Of a stretch of 64,000 nucleotides of DNA, positions 22,176 through 31,755 are shown piece after piece (within the stretch, counting starts at the first letter, position 1; each line of letters opens with the position of its first letter). Made by a program: the position numbers and the translations under genes. The notes below the pieces were generated by a model, which worked only from the letters and a program-made list of their open reading frames with translations, did not search any database and was not told where the DNA came from. The DNA comes from Anaerovoracaceae bacterium. GTDB taxonomy: Bacteria; Bacillota; Clostridia; Peptostreptococcales; Anaerovoracaceae. The stretch covers positions 32,981-96,980 of the forward strand of contig JAVEXZ010000005.1 of assembly GCA_034003765.1 (NCBI GenBank). Reading direction: 5' to 3'.

Positions 22176-22892
22176 TTATATTTTCTTTTGCTTCTTTAGT
22201 TCAGCTTCTGCTTTCAATCTTCTTCTCATTTTGTTTAGTCTAATGTTAAATAGGATTTGAACTCCTGTTCCAAAGAACCAATAAATTGTTAGTCCTGCTG
22301 GAAAAGTTCTACCCATCCACACGATCATTACTGGGAAGAAGTATTTCATAACCTTCATCATTGGGGCCATCTGACCCATCTGTTCAGACCCACCTTGCTG
22401 GGCTTGAGTTTGAGAAAAAGAAATATATGTGGTTAGTCCTGCCGCAATAGGTAAAACCCATTTGTCTGGCTGGGATAAATCCGATATCCAAAGAAATGCT
22501 TCATGAACCGCAAGGATCATGGCGGGATCTTTCATGTACATTAAAGGATTTCTAAGTAATGCAAATAAGGCAAAAATGATAGGCATTTGTATCAACATGG
22601 GAAGACATCCACCCATAGGGTTAAATTTTTCTTCTTTGTAAAGTTCCATCATTTTCATGTTCAAGGTTTCTTTATCATTTGCGTACTTGGCCTGAAGCTC
22701 TTTCATTTTAGGTTGTATTGTGGCCATATTAGCTGTTGATTTTATTTGCTTGGCATATAAAGGATAAAGAGCAAATCTTACTAACAATGTAAATACTATA
22801 AGTGTAATTCCATAATTCTGTATAAGGGAATATAGTTGAGTTAAAACCCAGCCAAGTGGATTTGCTACTACTCCCATAATTTTAAAATACAT
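22176..22892 (-). CDS. yidC: membrane protein insertase YidC
   Basis: It has a short-form YidC/Oxa1 sequence (IQPKMKELQAKY, NPMGGCLPMLIQMPI) and the conserved position next to jag and rnpA. Confidence 0.9.
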   Translation of the reverse strand: MYFKIMGVVANPLGWVLTQLYSLIQNYGITLIVFTLLVRFALYPLYAKQIKSTANMATIQPKMKELQAKYANDKETLNMKMMELYKEEKFNPMGGCLPMLIQMPIIFALFALLRNPLMYMKDPAMILAVHEAFLWISDLSQPDKWVLPIAAGLTTYISFSQTQAQQGGSEQMGQMAPMMKVMKYFFPVMIVWMGRTFPAGLTIYWFFGTGVQILFNIRLNKMRRRLKAEAELKKQKKI

Positions 22893-22903
22893 TCATTTCC
22901 TCC

Positions 22904-23113
22904 TTAAGGTACCGGATCATACCCTCCGTCATTCCACGGGTGACACCTTAAAATTCTTTTAATTCCAATATAACTTCCCTTAAAAAACCCATACTTCTTC
23001 AAGGCCTCAATATAGTAGGCTGAGCAAGTTGGGTAAAATCTGCAAGTTCTGGGTAAAAATGGGGACAGTATTTTCTGATATCCTCGGATTATAATAATCA
23101 GGATCCACTTCAC
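22904..23113 (-). CDS. yidD: membrane protein insertion efficiency factor YidD
   Basis: 69 aa with [22 protein letters not shown] and GGYDPVP. Confidence 0.9.
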   Translation of the reverse strand: MKWILIIIIRGYQKILSPFLPRTCRFYPTCSAYYIEALKKYGFFKGSYIGIKRILRCHPWNDGGYDPVP

Positions 23114-23472
23114 TTACCATCACTCCTTTTTTCTTTTAGAAGGCCGGATTTTTTAAAAGCCGAATACATAGATTTTTTTACTTCCTGCATAGAAGTGTTC
23201 CCTATGGTGTTCCGTGCAATTATTATTAAATCTCTACCCTCTACAAGGACAAACTCTTTTTCCAGCTGTCTAAAACTCTCTTTCATAAGCCTTCTGGCCC
23301 TGTTCCTTTTTACACTATTTCCAACTTTTTTACTGGCCAAATACCCCATTCGATTGTATGGTAAGTTATTAGCCCTATGGAACAGAACCACGTATCTTTC
23401 ACCAAAGGATTTTCCTTTGTTATAGATAGCGGAAAAGTCACTTTTCTTTCTAAGAACTTCCTTTTTTAGCAT
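23110..23472 (-). CDS. rnpA: ribonuclease P protein component
   Basis: 120 aa and basic, with the RNR motif [18 protein letters not shown]. It lies downstream of rpmH. Confidence 0.9.
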   Translation of the reverse strand: MLKKEVLRKKSDFSAIYNKGKSFGERYVVLFHRANNLPYNRMGYLASKKVGNSVKRNRARRLMKESFRQLEKEFVLVEGRDLIIIARNTIGNTSMQEVKKSMYSAFKKSGLLKEKRSDGK

Positions 23473-23513
23473 AATTAAAGAACCTTAAAACAAAAAGGCC
23501 GCTTGAGCGGTCT

Positions 23514-23648
23514 CTATGCTGTCAAGGATTTTCTTCCTCTCAATCTTCTTCTCTTTAAGACATTTTTACCGTTTTTTGTGCTCATTCTTTTTCTAAAGCC
23601 ATGTTCTTTGTTTCTCTGTCTAACCTTTGGTTGAAAAGTTCTTTTCAT
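23514..23648 (-). CDS. rpmH: 50S ribosomal protein L34
   Basis: It is not in the ORF track (44 aa). My translation is [44 protein letters not shown]. Confidence 0.95.
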   Translation of the reverse strand: MKRTFQPKVRQRNKEHGFRKRMSTKNGKNVLKRRRLRGRKSLTA

Positions 23649-23737
23649 TTGAATCGACACCTCCTTATTTAGTTTAGCTGATTCTTATTTCCAGCTTTTA
23701 TGGCCGTCTTAATTCCAACGGGCACATATGCCATATA

Positions 23738-23766
23738 ATTATATAGCCCACCTTCTTTTATGTCAA
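23738..23766 (-). promoter_or_regulatory. consensus sigma-A promoter of rpmH-rnpA
   Basis: On the minus strand: TTGACA, a 17-nt spacer, then TATAAT. Both hexamers are perfect. Confidence 0.7.
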
Positions 23767-23825
23767 CGTTTTTAACCGGCTTTTTAGATGAGACAATAGG
23801 TCAAATACCGGGTTTTACAACATAT

Positions 23826-23929
23826 AGTGGATAAGACCCAATTTGTTAACATTAGTATCCACAATTAGTGGATAAAACTAAGAAAATTTCTTTTACTTTT
23901 AAGAGATTTTCCCCTTGCCCTGTGGATAA
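23826..23929. promoter_or_regulatory. oriC part 1: DnaA-box cluster upstream of dnaA
   Basis: Boxes matching TTATCCACA lie at 23826-23834 (8/9), 23855-23863 (8/9), 23867-23875 (8/9) and 23921-23929 (9/9). The perfect box sits inside a possible dnaA promoter (TTGCCC, 18 nt, TATGAT at 23915-23944). Confidence 0.75.
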
Positions 23930-23978
23930 CATTTGTATTATGATATATGTACCGGTAAAAAGCAAGAGAAAGGCTGAT

Positions 23979-25316
23979 ATGAAAGATTTGAAGGAAGACT
24001 GGAGCGCGGTACAAGAACTCTTAAAGAATAATTTACAAGAGATAAGTTATGAAACATGGTTTGCACCCCTAACTCCACTAAGGACCGACACAAAAAGCAA
24101 AAGAATATATATTGACCCCTATGCCAGTATGAATCAAAACATACTGACTAGTCGTTATATGCCCCTACTAGAAAATACAATTGGAGATGTTTTCGGTAAG
24201 GGATATAAGGTTGTTTTTGAGTATATAAAGGATCGTACTGGAGGAAATGTAAGCTACGGTGGTAGTGGTGAAGAATTCGATGGGGAGTTTTACTTCAACC
24301 CCCGTTATAATTTTTCTACCTTCGTAGTTGGGAGTAACAATAAGTATGCCCATGCTGCAGCCTTAGCTGTTGCTACTTTACCTTCAGATGATTACAACCC
24401 TCTATTCTTATATGGGGGTTCTGGCCTAGGTAAAACTCATCTAATGCATGCTATAGGCCACCACATTCTTCAAAACCACCCAAAATTGAAGCCTTTATAT
24501 GTTTCTTCTGAGATGTTTACCAATGAAATGATAAAGGCTATTAGTGAAAAAAAGACTGGTGAATTTAGAAATAAGTATAGAAAAATCGACGTATTACTAA
24601 TAGACGATATTCAGTTTCTTGAGGGGAAGACAGGTACCCAGGAAGAATTTTTCTTTACTTTTGAATCGCTTTATCAATCAAAAAAGCAAATAATTATAAG
24701 CAGTGATAGGCCTCCAAATAAACTGGTGAGTTTTGATGACCGTTTAAGAGGGAGGTTTCAGTGGAATGTTGTTGCTGATATTACAGCCCCAGATTACGAA
24801 ACCAGGGTTGCCATTTTAAGAAAAAAAGCAGAACTAGAAGGCCTTGTTATAGATGAGCCTCTGCAAGATGTAATAGAGTTAATTTGTGAAAAGGTTAAGT
24901 TTAATATAAGAGAGTTGGAAGGAGCCTTTACACGAATAGTAACATTTTCTAATTTAATGAATGAACCAATAAGCAGGAACCTAGCCAGAGAAGTTTTGAA
25001 AGATATTTTATTAGCAGCTGATTTTAATATAACTTCAGACTCAATTAAAAAGGCTGTTTGTAAATTTTACTCAATTAAAATGGTAGATATGGATTCTTCA
25101 AAGAGAACTCGGATTTTAGCATTTCCAAGGCAAATAGCCATGTATCTTTGCCGAGAACTCACAGATCTTTCCTTACCTAAAATAGGAGAATGTTTTGGTA
25201 ATAGAGATCATACAACTGTGCTTTATGCTTGTGATAAAATAGGAACACTTATAAAAAGTGACGAAGAATTAAGGGAGAATATAAATACACTAAAGAACAC
25301 TATTAATGGAAAGTAG
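23979..25316 (+). CDS. dnaA: chromosomal replication initiator protein DnaA
   Basis: It has the AAA+ motifs GGSGLGKTHL and LLIDDIQFL, and the C-terminal DNA-binding domain ...GNRDHTTVLYACDKI. The start was moved from the track GTG 23868 (which lies inside the DnaA boxes) to ATG 23979 (MKDLKEDW). Confidence 0.95.
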   Translation: MKDLKEDWSAVQELLKNNLQEISYETWFAPLTPLRTDTKSKRIYIDPYASMNQNILTSRYMPLLENTIGDVFGKGYKVVFEYIKDRTGGNVSYGGSGEEFDGEFYFNPRYNFSTFVVGSNNKYAHAAALAVATLPSDDYNPLFLYGGSGLGKTHLMHAIGHHILQNHPKLKPLYVSSEMFTNEMIKAISEKKTGEFRNKYRKIDVLLIDDIQFLEGKTGTQEEFFFTFESLYQSKKQIIISSDRPPNKLVSFDDRLRGRFQWNVVADITAPDYETRVAILRKKAELEGLVIDEPLQDVIELICEKVKFNIRELEGAFTRIVTFSNLMNEPISRNLAREVLKDILLAADFNITSDSIKKAVCKFYSIKMVDMDSSKRTRILAFPRQIAMYLCRELTDLSLPKIGECFGNRDHTTVLYACDKIGTLIKSDEELRENINTLKNTINGK

Positions 25317-25352
25317 TAACTTATTCTTTTTATTCCATAAGGTTTTTACCAC

Positions 25353-25475
25353 TTGTCCACAAGCTTGTTAATTCTACCCTCTTTGGAATTTCAATATACA
25401 CAAGTACTTATCTACATATTAACAAGCCCTACTACTATTACTACTACCTAACTATATAAATAATAAGGGCCTTTG
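25353..25475. promoter_or_regulatory. oriC part 2: DnaA boxes and an AT-rich candidate unwinding element between dnaA and dnaN
   Basis: TTGTCCACA lies at 25353-25361 and TTATCTACA at 25408-25416, each 8/9. An AT-rich tract, ACTACTATTACTACTACCTAACTATATAAATAATAA, follows. Confidence 0.55.
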
Positions 25476-25486
25476 GAGGAAAAATT

Positions 25487-26596
25487 ATGAGATTCACATG
25501 TGACCAATCAAGTTTAGTTAAAGCATTAAATACTGTTTCAAAAGCAGTTACATCAAGAACTACTATTCCAATATTAAAGGGAATACTTTTAAATCTTCAA
25601 GGTAATGATTTAACCTTAACTGCATCAGATTTAGAAATTTCTATTGAAAAAGTTATACAAGTAAGAGGAATGGAGAATGGATCTCTTGTTGTTTCAGCAA
25701 AACTGTTTTCTGATATTATAAGGAAACTGCCAAATGAAGATATTTTTATAGAAGGTGATGAAAATGAAAAAACATTAATTAAAACATCATCTTCAGAGTT
25801 TACAATTGTTTCAATTCAAGCAGATGAATTCCCAAGAATTGGAACCATTGAAGAAGAGCAGGATCGTTTTGTATTTAATAAAGATTTACTAAGAGAAATG
25901 GTAAGAAAAACCACTTTTTGTGCCAGCCTTGATGAATCAAAAGGTATTATTGTTGGAGTTCTTATAGAGAGAAACCAAGATAATATTACAATGGTTGCTC
26001 TTGATGGATTTAGGATGGCGGTAGTAAGAGAAAGTATAGAAAAAGGAGATGAAAGTAAAATTATCATTTCTGCTAAACTCCTTTCGGAAATTAGTAAGAT
26101 AATTACAGACGAAGAACCTGAAGGAGATATTATTATGGTACTGGATAAAAAGAAAGCTCTTATAACAATAGATACTAGCAAAGTTGTATTGAGATTATTA
26201 GAAGGAGATTTTATTAAATATAGAGATATACTTCCCAAAGATAAATCACTAAAAATGTTAGTATCAAGGTCATTATTACAAGATAGTATTGAGAGAGCTT
26301 CTTTGTTAGCAAAGGAAGGTAAAAACAACCTAGTAAAATTTACCATTATAGATAATTTACTAACAATAACTTCCAAATCAGAAGAAGGTAATGTTAAAGA
26401 GGAAATAGTAATAGAGAAAATTGGTGAGGATATAGAAATTGGTTTTAATAGTAAATACCTATTAGATGTTTTAAAAGCAGTAGATGATGATGTTATTTTA
26501 ATGGAGTTTAATAGCCCAACTAGTCCATGTATGATAAAACAGCCAGAGGATACTATGTATGAATACCTAGTGTTACCTGTCCGTATTAATGGTTAA
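25487..26596 (+). CDS. dnaN: DNA polymerase III subunit beta
   Basis: 369 aa beginning MRFTCDQSSLVKALNTVSKAV, at the conserved position after dnaA, ending LVLPVRING. Confidence 0.95.
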   Translation: MRFTCDQSSLVKALNTVSKAVTSRTTIPILKGILLNLQGNDLTLTASDLEISIEKVIQVRGMENGSLVVSAKLFSDIIRKLPNEDIFIEGDENEKTLIKTSSSEFTIVSIQADEFPRIGTIEEEQDRFVFNKDLLREMVRKTTFCASLDESKGIIVGVLIERNQDNITMVALDGFRMAVVRESIEKGDESKIIISAKLLSEISKIITDEEPEGDIIMVLDKKKALITIDTSKVVLRLLEGDFIKYRDILPKDKSLKMLVSRSLLQDSIERASLLAKEGKNNLVKFTIIDNLLTITSKSEEGNVKEEIVIEKIGEDIEIGFNSKYLLDVLKAVDDDVILMEFNSPTSPCMIKQPEDTMYEYLVLPVRING

Positions 26597-27317
26597 TAGT
26601 TTGAAAAAATTAAGAGAATATCTTTACAAATTAAATTACAAAGACCAAAAAGAAATTGATAGATCTATAAATTTATTTGAATTATATATGGAAAATATAT
26701 TAAGAAACAATGAGAAGATAAATGTAACCTCAATTAAGGATAGAGATTCTTTTATAGCAAAACACTATATTGACTCTGTAAGTATAATAAGTGAAGACGA
26801 ATTTTTAAATGCAAAAGATATAATTGACATAGGTACAGGAGGAGGATTCCCTGGAGTTCCTCTAGCAATACTTTTTCCAGACAAGAATTTTACTTTAGTT
26901 GATTCTGTGGCAAAGAAGATTAATGTTATTAAAGATAGCATAAGTGATTTACCAATTCATAACATAGACCTTGTTATAGGAAGAGCTGAAATTATTGGTA
27001 GAAGTCCTGACCACAGAGAAGTATATGACCTTTGTGTTTCAAGAGCCGTTGCACCTCTTGAGTATCTGATAGAATTTACAATTCCCTTAATAAAAACTGG
27101 TGGATCCTTTGTAGCATATAAAGGGCCTGCAGGAATAAAGGAAATCGACCAAACCGAATTTATAGTAAAAAAACTTGGCGCATCCCTTAATAGAATAAAG
27201 GAGGTTCAACCCTTCTTAGATGGATCAGACCACATTTTAATGGTGTTTTCAAAAGATAAATCAACACCAGAAGAATACCCTAGAAGAATGGATCAAATTA
27301 AAAAGAAAAACAAATAA
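26589..27317 (+). CDS. rsmG: 16S rRNA (guanine527-N7)-methyltransferase RsmG
   Basis: It has the SAM motif IIDIGTGGGFPGVPLAI and ...VSRAVAPL. It overlaps the dnaN stop by 8 nt. Confidence 0.88.
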   Translation: MVNSLKKLREYLYKLNYKDQKEIDRSINLFELYMENILRNNEKINVTSIKDRDSFIAKHYIDSVSIISEDEFLNAKDIIDIGTGGGFPGVPLAILFPDKNFTLVDSVAKKINVIKDSISDLPIHNIDLVIGRAEIIGRSPDHREVYDLCVSRAVAPLEYLIEFTIPLIKTGGSFVAYKGPAGIKEIDQTEFIVKKLGASLNRIKEVQPFLDGSDHILMVFSKDKSTPEEYPRRMDQIKKKNK

Positions 27318-27332
27318 TATTTTTATAAAAAA

Positions 27333-27348
27333 TGTTTCACGTGAAACA
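27333..27348. promoter_or_regulatory. parS centromere-like site
   Basis: TGTTTCACGTGAAACA is a perfect 16-bp palindrome matching the Firmicute parS consensus TGTTNCACGTGAAACA. Confidence 0.85.
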
Positions 27349-27376
27349 TTTTAAGAATCTTCAGGAGGAAGTGATA

Positions 27377-28144
27377 GTGGGAAAAGCAATAGCAATATTT
27401 AATCAAAAGGGCGGTGTAGGCAAGACTACAACTAATATAAACTTGGCAGCTTGCCTAGCCTATATAGGCAAAATAATTCTTGTTTTAGATATAGACCCTC
27501 AAGGAAACACAACAAGTGGGATGGGTATATCAAAAAAGGGATTAAAGAAAACTTCCTATGAAATTCTTGTGGATGATGATATGGATCCAAGAGAAACAAT
27601 TATGGCTACTGGTATTCATAATCTAGACATAATTCCTGCCAGCGTTCAGCTTGCAGGAGCAGAAGTTGAACTTGTTCAGATGGAAAGTAGAGAGAAAAGA
27701 TTAAAGAGGGCCATAGACCAAATTAAGGGAGATTATGACTATATATTTATAGATTGTCCACCATCTCTGGGCCTTCTTACCATTAACTCACTAACGGCGG
27801 TGGACAGCGTACTAATACCTATTCAATGCGAGTTCTATGCCCTTGAAGGAGTTAGTCAATTAATGAGCACTGTAGAAATAGTACAAAAAACTCTTAACAA
27901 AAACCTTGAAGTTCAAGGAGTAATACTGTCTATGTTTGACGGAAGAACCAATTTATCAATACAAGTGGTCCAGGAGGTTAAGAAGTATTTCAAAGAAAAA
28001 GTTTACAAAACCATTATTCCTAGAAACATACGGCTAGCAGAAGCACCAGGTTTTGGGATACCTATTATACAATACGATCCCAAATCTATTGGGGCACAGG
28101 CTTATATGGATTTTGCAAAAGAGTTCCTTGAAGGGGAGAAGTAA
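27377..28144 (+). CDS. soj: chromosome partitioning ATPase ParA/Soj
   Basis: It has the deviant Walker A KGGVGKTT and a ParA-family sequence. The start was moved to GTG 27377, 9 nt after AGGAGG, because the track ATG lies inside parS. Confidence 0.9.
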   Translation: MGKAIAIFNQKGGVGKTTTNINLAACLAYIGKIILVLDIDPQGNTTSGMGISKKGLKKTSYEILVDDDMDPRETIMATGIHNLDIIPASVQLAGAEVELVQMESREKRLKRAIDQIKGDYDYIFIDCPPSLGLLTINSLTAVDSVLIPIQCEFYALEGVSQLMSTVEIVQKTLNKNLEVQGVILSMFDGRTNLSIQVVQEVKKYFKEKVYKTIIPRNIRLAEAPGFGIPIIQYDPKSIGAQAYMDFAKEFLEGEK

Positions 28145-28146
28145 TA

Positions 28147-29055
28147 ATGGCTGCAAAAAACACAGGCTTAGGAAGAGGGCTTGAAGCTCTCTTTGGAGAT
28201 GTGGAAATTCAATTCGAGCCTATGACCGATGATGAAAAAAAAGAGAGAGAAAGCAAGAGGCGGATAGAGGAAGAAAACTCTATTCTCTTCGTTGACATTA
28301 ATAATATAAAGCCCAATGATAAGCAGCCACGAAAAAGTTTCGATAGAGAAAAACTGGAAGAGCTTGCAGAGTCTATACTTGCCCACGGGGTAATACAACC
28401 AGTAGTTCTTAGAAAGGAATCCCAGGGAAAAGGCTATGAGTTAGTTGCAGGAGAGAGGCGTTGGAGAGCTGCAAGAATAGCTGGTATCAAAGAAATACCC
28501 GCCATTGTAAGGGTATTAACAGAAGAACAAAACCTTCTACTTTCTATTATAGAGAACATGCAAAGAGAAGATCTTAACCCTATAGAAGAAGCAGAAGCAG
28601 TTAGTAAGATGATGAACACCTATCAATTTACCCAAGAGGAGGTTGCTAAAAGCCTAGGTAAGAGTAGGCCATATATAGCGAATTTAGTGAGGTTATTAAA
28701 ACTTCAAGATGAAATAAAAGAGATGATTCTCAACAACCAATTATCTCAAGGACATGCAAGAGCCCTTATTTCATTGCCAAGTAAAAAACAATTGCTAATA
28801 GCAAAAAAGGCGGTAAAAGATGGACTTTCAGTAAGGGAAGTAGAGAAGCTTGCAGGTGATGATGGTCCACAGAAAAAGAGGGTAAAAACCCTTACCCCAA
28901 GCCCTGATAGAAGTAGGATAGAAAATGATCTCAAAGAAGTTTTGGGAACAAGAGTCAAGATAAAAGAAAAGGGAAAAAAGGGAACCCTAGAAATAGAATA
29001 CTATTCGAAGGAAGAACTAGAAAGACTTATAGACCTATTAAAATCCCTCCAGTAA
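28147..29055 (+). CDS. spo0J: chromosome partitioning protein ParB/Spo0J
   Basis: It has the ParB box GERRWRAA, the HTH QEEVAKSLGKSRPYIAN, and the position after soj. Confidence 0.9.
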   Translation: MAAKNTGLGRGLEALFGDVEIQFEPMTDDEKKERESKRRIEEENSILFVDINNIKPNDKQPRKSFDREKLEELAESILAHGVIQPVVLRKESQGKGYELVAGERRWRAARIAGIKEIPAIVRVLTEEQNLLLSIIENMQREDLNPIEEAEAVSKMMNTYQFTQEEVAKSLGKSRPYIANLVRLLKLQDEIKEMILNNQLSQGHARALISLPSKKQLLIAKKAVKDGLSVREVEKLAGDDGPQKKRVKTLTPSPDRSRIENDLKEVLGTRVKIKEKGKKGTLEIEYYSKEELERLIDLLKSLQ

Positions 29056-29056
29056 T

Positions 29057-29072
29057 TGTTTCACGTGAAACA
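29057..29072. promoter_or_regulatory. parS centromere-like site (second identical copy)
   Basis: TGTTTCACGTGAAACA lies immediately after the spo0J stop codon. Confidence 0.85.
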
Positions 29073-29157
29073 ATTAACCCCAAAGCAAAAGAGAAGGGGG
29101 TCTAAGTATCCCTACACAAATATAGGATAAATACAATACCAGCAGAGGTTAATAAAA

Positions 29158-30036
29158 ATGTACGAACTTGTAGCGGTGGGTCAAGGGACCTATTATATGG
29201 ATTGCCCTGTAAAGATAGGCTTCTTCTTTACCCCAGGAGGAGAAGTTTTTTTAATTGACTCAGGAATAGACAAAGATACCGCTAAAAAGGCGGAAAAACA
29301 CATAGGAGAAAAAGGGGGACGTTTGTCTGCCATAATAAATACCCATAGCCATGCGGACCATTGTGGTGGAGATAAGTATCTACAAGACAAGTATCTATGT
29401 CCTATATACGCAAGTTCATTAGAGGCAGCTATTATTAGAAACCCAATCTTAGAGCCATCTTTTTTATATGGAGGCTATCCATATAAGGCCTTGCAAAACA
29501 AGTATTTGATGGCCAAAGCTGCAAGAGCAGACAACATAGAAGATGCTTGCCTACCACAAGGCTTTGAAATCACTGATCTACCAGGTCATTATTTTCAACA
29601 GATTGGAATCAAGACTCCAGATGAAGTTTGGTTTATTGGAGACAGTGTCTTTGGTGAAGAAATAATCAGTAAATATTCTTTCACATTTATGTATGATGTC
29701 AAAAGCCAATTTGAAACCCTAGATAAATTACTTAAACTAAGAGGAAATTTCTTCGTCCCCTCTCATGGCAAGGCTGGGAAAACCCTAGAATCTTTGGTAT
29801 CATCAAACAGAAAAAAGATAATAGAAGATTTGGCTTCACTTAAAGAAATGTGCAAAAAGGGAAGAAGCTGGGAAGAATTACTCAAGGAAGTATTTGATAA
29901 AAACTCTCTCCTATTAGACCACGGCCAGTACATCCTTATGGGGTCAACAATTAGGTCCTATCTATCATACCTATACGACGAAAAAGAAATAAGGGTGGAT
30001 TTTCAAGAAAATAAAATGCTTTGGTCTCTTCCATAG
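29158..30036 (+). CDS. MBL-fold metallo-hydrolase
   Basis: It carries the HSHADHCGG (HxHxDH) motif. Confidence 0.75.
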   Translation: MYELVAVGQGTYYMDCPVKIGFFFTPGGEVFLIDSGIDKDTAKKAEKHIGEKGGRLSAIINTHSHADHCGGDKYLQDKYLCPIYASSLEAAIIRNPILEPSFLYGGYPYKALQNKYLMAKAARADNIEDACLPQGFEITDLPGHYFQQIGIKTPDEVWFIGDSVFGEEIISKYSFTFMYDVKSQFETLDKLLKLRGNFFVPSHGKAGKTLESLVSSNRKKIIEDLASLKEMCKKGRSWEELLKEVFDKNSLLLDHGQYILMGSTIRSYLSYLYDEKEIRVDFQENKMLWSLP

Positions 30037-30218
30037 GAAGGGGCTTTTTAATTTACAGCGCTAAAGTGGAAAAGGTGTAGACCGCTAAAACTATTGAAGT
30101 TCGTGGCTTTTACAAAAATTCTTTGCAAAAAAACCATGAGAAACCACTAAGAATTTGATATAATAATTTAACCACTTAATCCCACTTTGATTTCATCTAA
30201 GAACAGGAGGAAGTTAAC

Positions 30219-31745
30219 ATGACCATTTCCATAAACGGTAGTCGACTCACAATAGAAGAAGCTATCCAGGTAGCAAGAAATAAGGAAGAGGTGGTTCTTG
30301 ATCCCCAAGCTCTTAAGGCTGTTAAAAGGGCCCGAGATTTTGTTGATAAAAAACTAGAAGAAGGAGCCATTATATATGGACTCACAACTGGTTTTGGTAA
30401 ATTTGCCGATACATTAATTTCCAGCGAAGAAACGGCGGACCTACAAAGGAACTTGATCTTAAGTCACGCCTGTGGAATGGGAAACCCCCTACCAGTAGAG
30501 GTTGTCCGCACTGCCATGCTTCTTAGGTGCAACGCACTAGTTAAAGGTAATTCGGGTATTAGGCCCCATACTATCGAAACTCTTCTGGAAATGCTTAATA
30601 AGGGAGTTCATCCAATTATTCCCGAAAAAGGATCCCTTGGAGCTTCTGGAGACCTGGCACCCCTCTCCCATATGGTTCTTGTTCTAATGGGCCAGGGAAA
30701 GGCAGAATACCAAGGCAAGCTAATGTCTGGTGAGGAAGCAATGAAAAAGGCAGGAATTACCCCAGTTGTTCTAGCTGCAAAAGAAGGGCTTGCCCTAATA
30801 AATGGAACACAAATAATGACAGCAATTGGTCTTAATGTTCTTTGGGATTCAGTTAATCTTATGAAGGTTGCTGATCTCACAGCAGCCTTAACAGGAGAAG
30901 CCCTTAATATGATTACAAAAGCCTTTGACCCAAAGGTTCATAAATTAAGAGGCCACCAAGGACAAATGGATTCTGCTGAAAACTTACTGAGACTCCTAAA
31001 TGAATCCAAAAATGCAGGTCTTAATAATCCCACCAAAGTTCAAGACCCCTATTCATTAAGGTGCACCCCCCAAGTTCATGGGGCAACTAGGGATGCAATA
31101 AAATATGTTTATGATGCAGTTAGCAAAGAGATCAATGCTGTTACAGATAATCCAATTATTTTCCCAGAAGAAGGTGATGTTATATCCGGAGGAAATTTTC
31201 ATGGCCAGCCTATGGCTTTGGCTTTTGACTTCCTAAAAATTGCCGTATCGGAATTAGCCGATATATCAGAAAGAAGGTCTGAACGCCTTATCAATCCACA
31301 ACTATCAGAGGGTTTGCCTCCATTTTTGACTAATCATGGAGGAGTATGTTCTGGCTTTATGATTGCCCAGTACTCGGCTGCATCAATGGTATCAGAAAAC
31401 AAAATATATGCCCATCCAGCATCAGTTGATTCCATCCCCTCATCTGGGAATCAAGAGGATCATGTAAGTATGGGGACCACAGCTGCCAGAACTGCAGCCA
31501 TGATACTTGATAACTCCAGAAAAGTTTTATCTATTGAAATCTTTGCAGCCTCTCAAGCTATTTGGCTAAGGGGGGAAAAGGGACTAGCCAAGGCTACACA
31601 AGCAGCATATGACCATATTAGAAAAGAAGTTGCTCCAGTAGACCAAGATATACTTATGCATGACCAGATGGTAAAGTTTGAAGAAATGATCAGATCAGGA
31701 AAGCTTTTAGAAGCTGTCGAATCAGCCATTGGACCACTGAAATAG
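30219..31745 (+). CDS. hutH: histidine ammonia-lyase
   Basis: 508 aa with the MIO-forming motif GSLGASGDLAPLSH. Confidence 0.93.
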   Translation: MTISINGSRLTIEEAIQVARNKEEVVLDPQALKAVKRARDFVDKKLEEGAIIYGLTTGFGKFADTLISSEETADLQRNLILSHACGMGNPLPVEVVRTAMLLRCNALVKGNSGIRPHTIETLLEMLNKGVHPIIPEKGSLGASGDLAPLSHMVLVLMGQGKAEYQGKLMSGEEAMKKAGITPVVLAAKEGLALINGTQIMTAIGLNVLWDSVNLMKVADLTAALTGEALNMITKAFDPKVHKLRGHQGQMDSAENLLRLLNESKNAGLNNPTKVQDPYSLRCTPQVHGATRDAIKYVYDAVSKEINAVTDNPIIFPEEGDVISGGNFHGQPMALAFDFLKIAVSELADISERRSERLINPQLSEGLPPFLTNHGGVCSGFMIAQYSAASMVSENKIYAHPASVDSIPSSGNQEDHVSMGTTAARTAAMILDNSRKVLSIEIFAASQAIWLRGEKGLAKATQAAYDHIRKEVAPVDQDILMHDQMVKFEEMIRSGKLLEAVESAIGPLK

Positions 31746-31755
31746 GAGGAAAAAA

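Noticed and set aside
23868-23978. N-terminal 37-aa extension of DnaA proposed by the track ORF (GTG start).
   Set aside because: The extension covers the DnaA-box cluster and the likely promoter. ATG 23979 gives the conserved DnaA N-terminus.
25816-26376. 186-aa minus-strand ORF inside dnaN. Many other 60-130-aa antisense ORFs inside gyrA, gyrB, the helicase gene, mnmG, mnmE, hutU, kor genes, yycI and so on fall in the same category.
   Set aside because: Each lies entirely within, and antisense to, a well-supported conserved gene. They have low-complexity S/L/I-rich composition and no RBS. These are typical shadow ORFs of AT-rich genomes.
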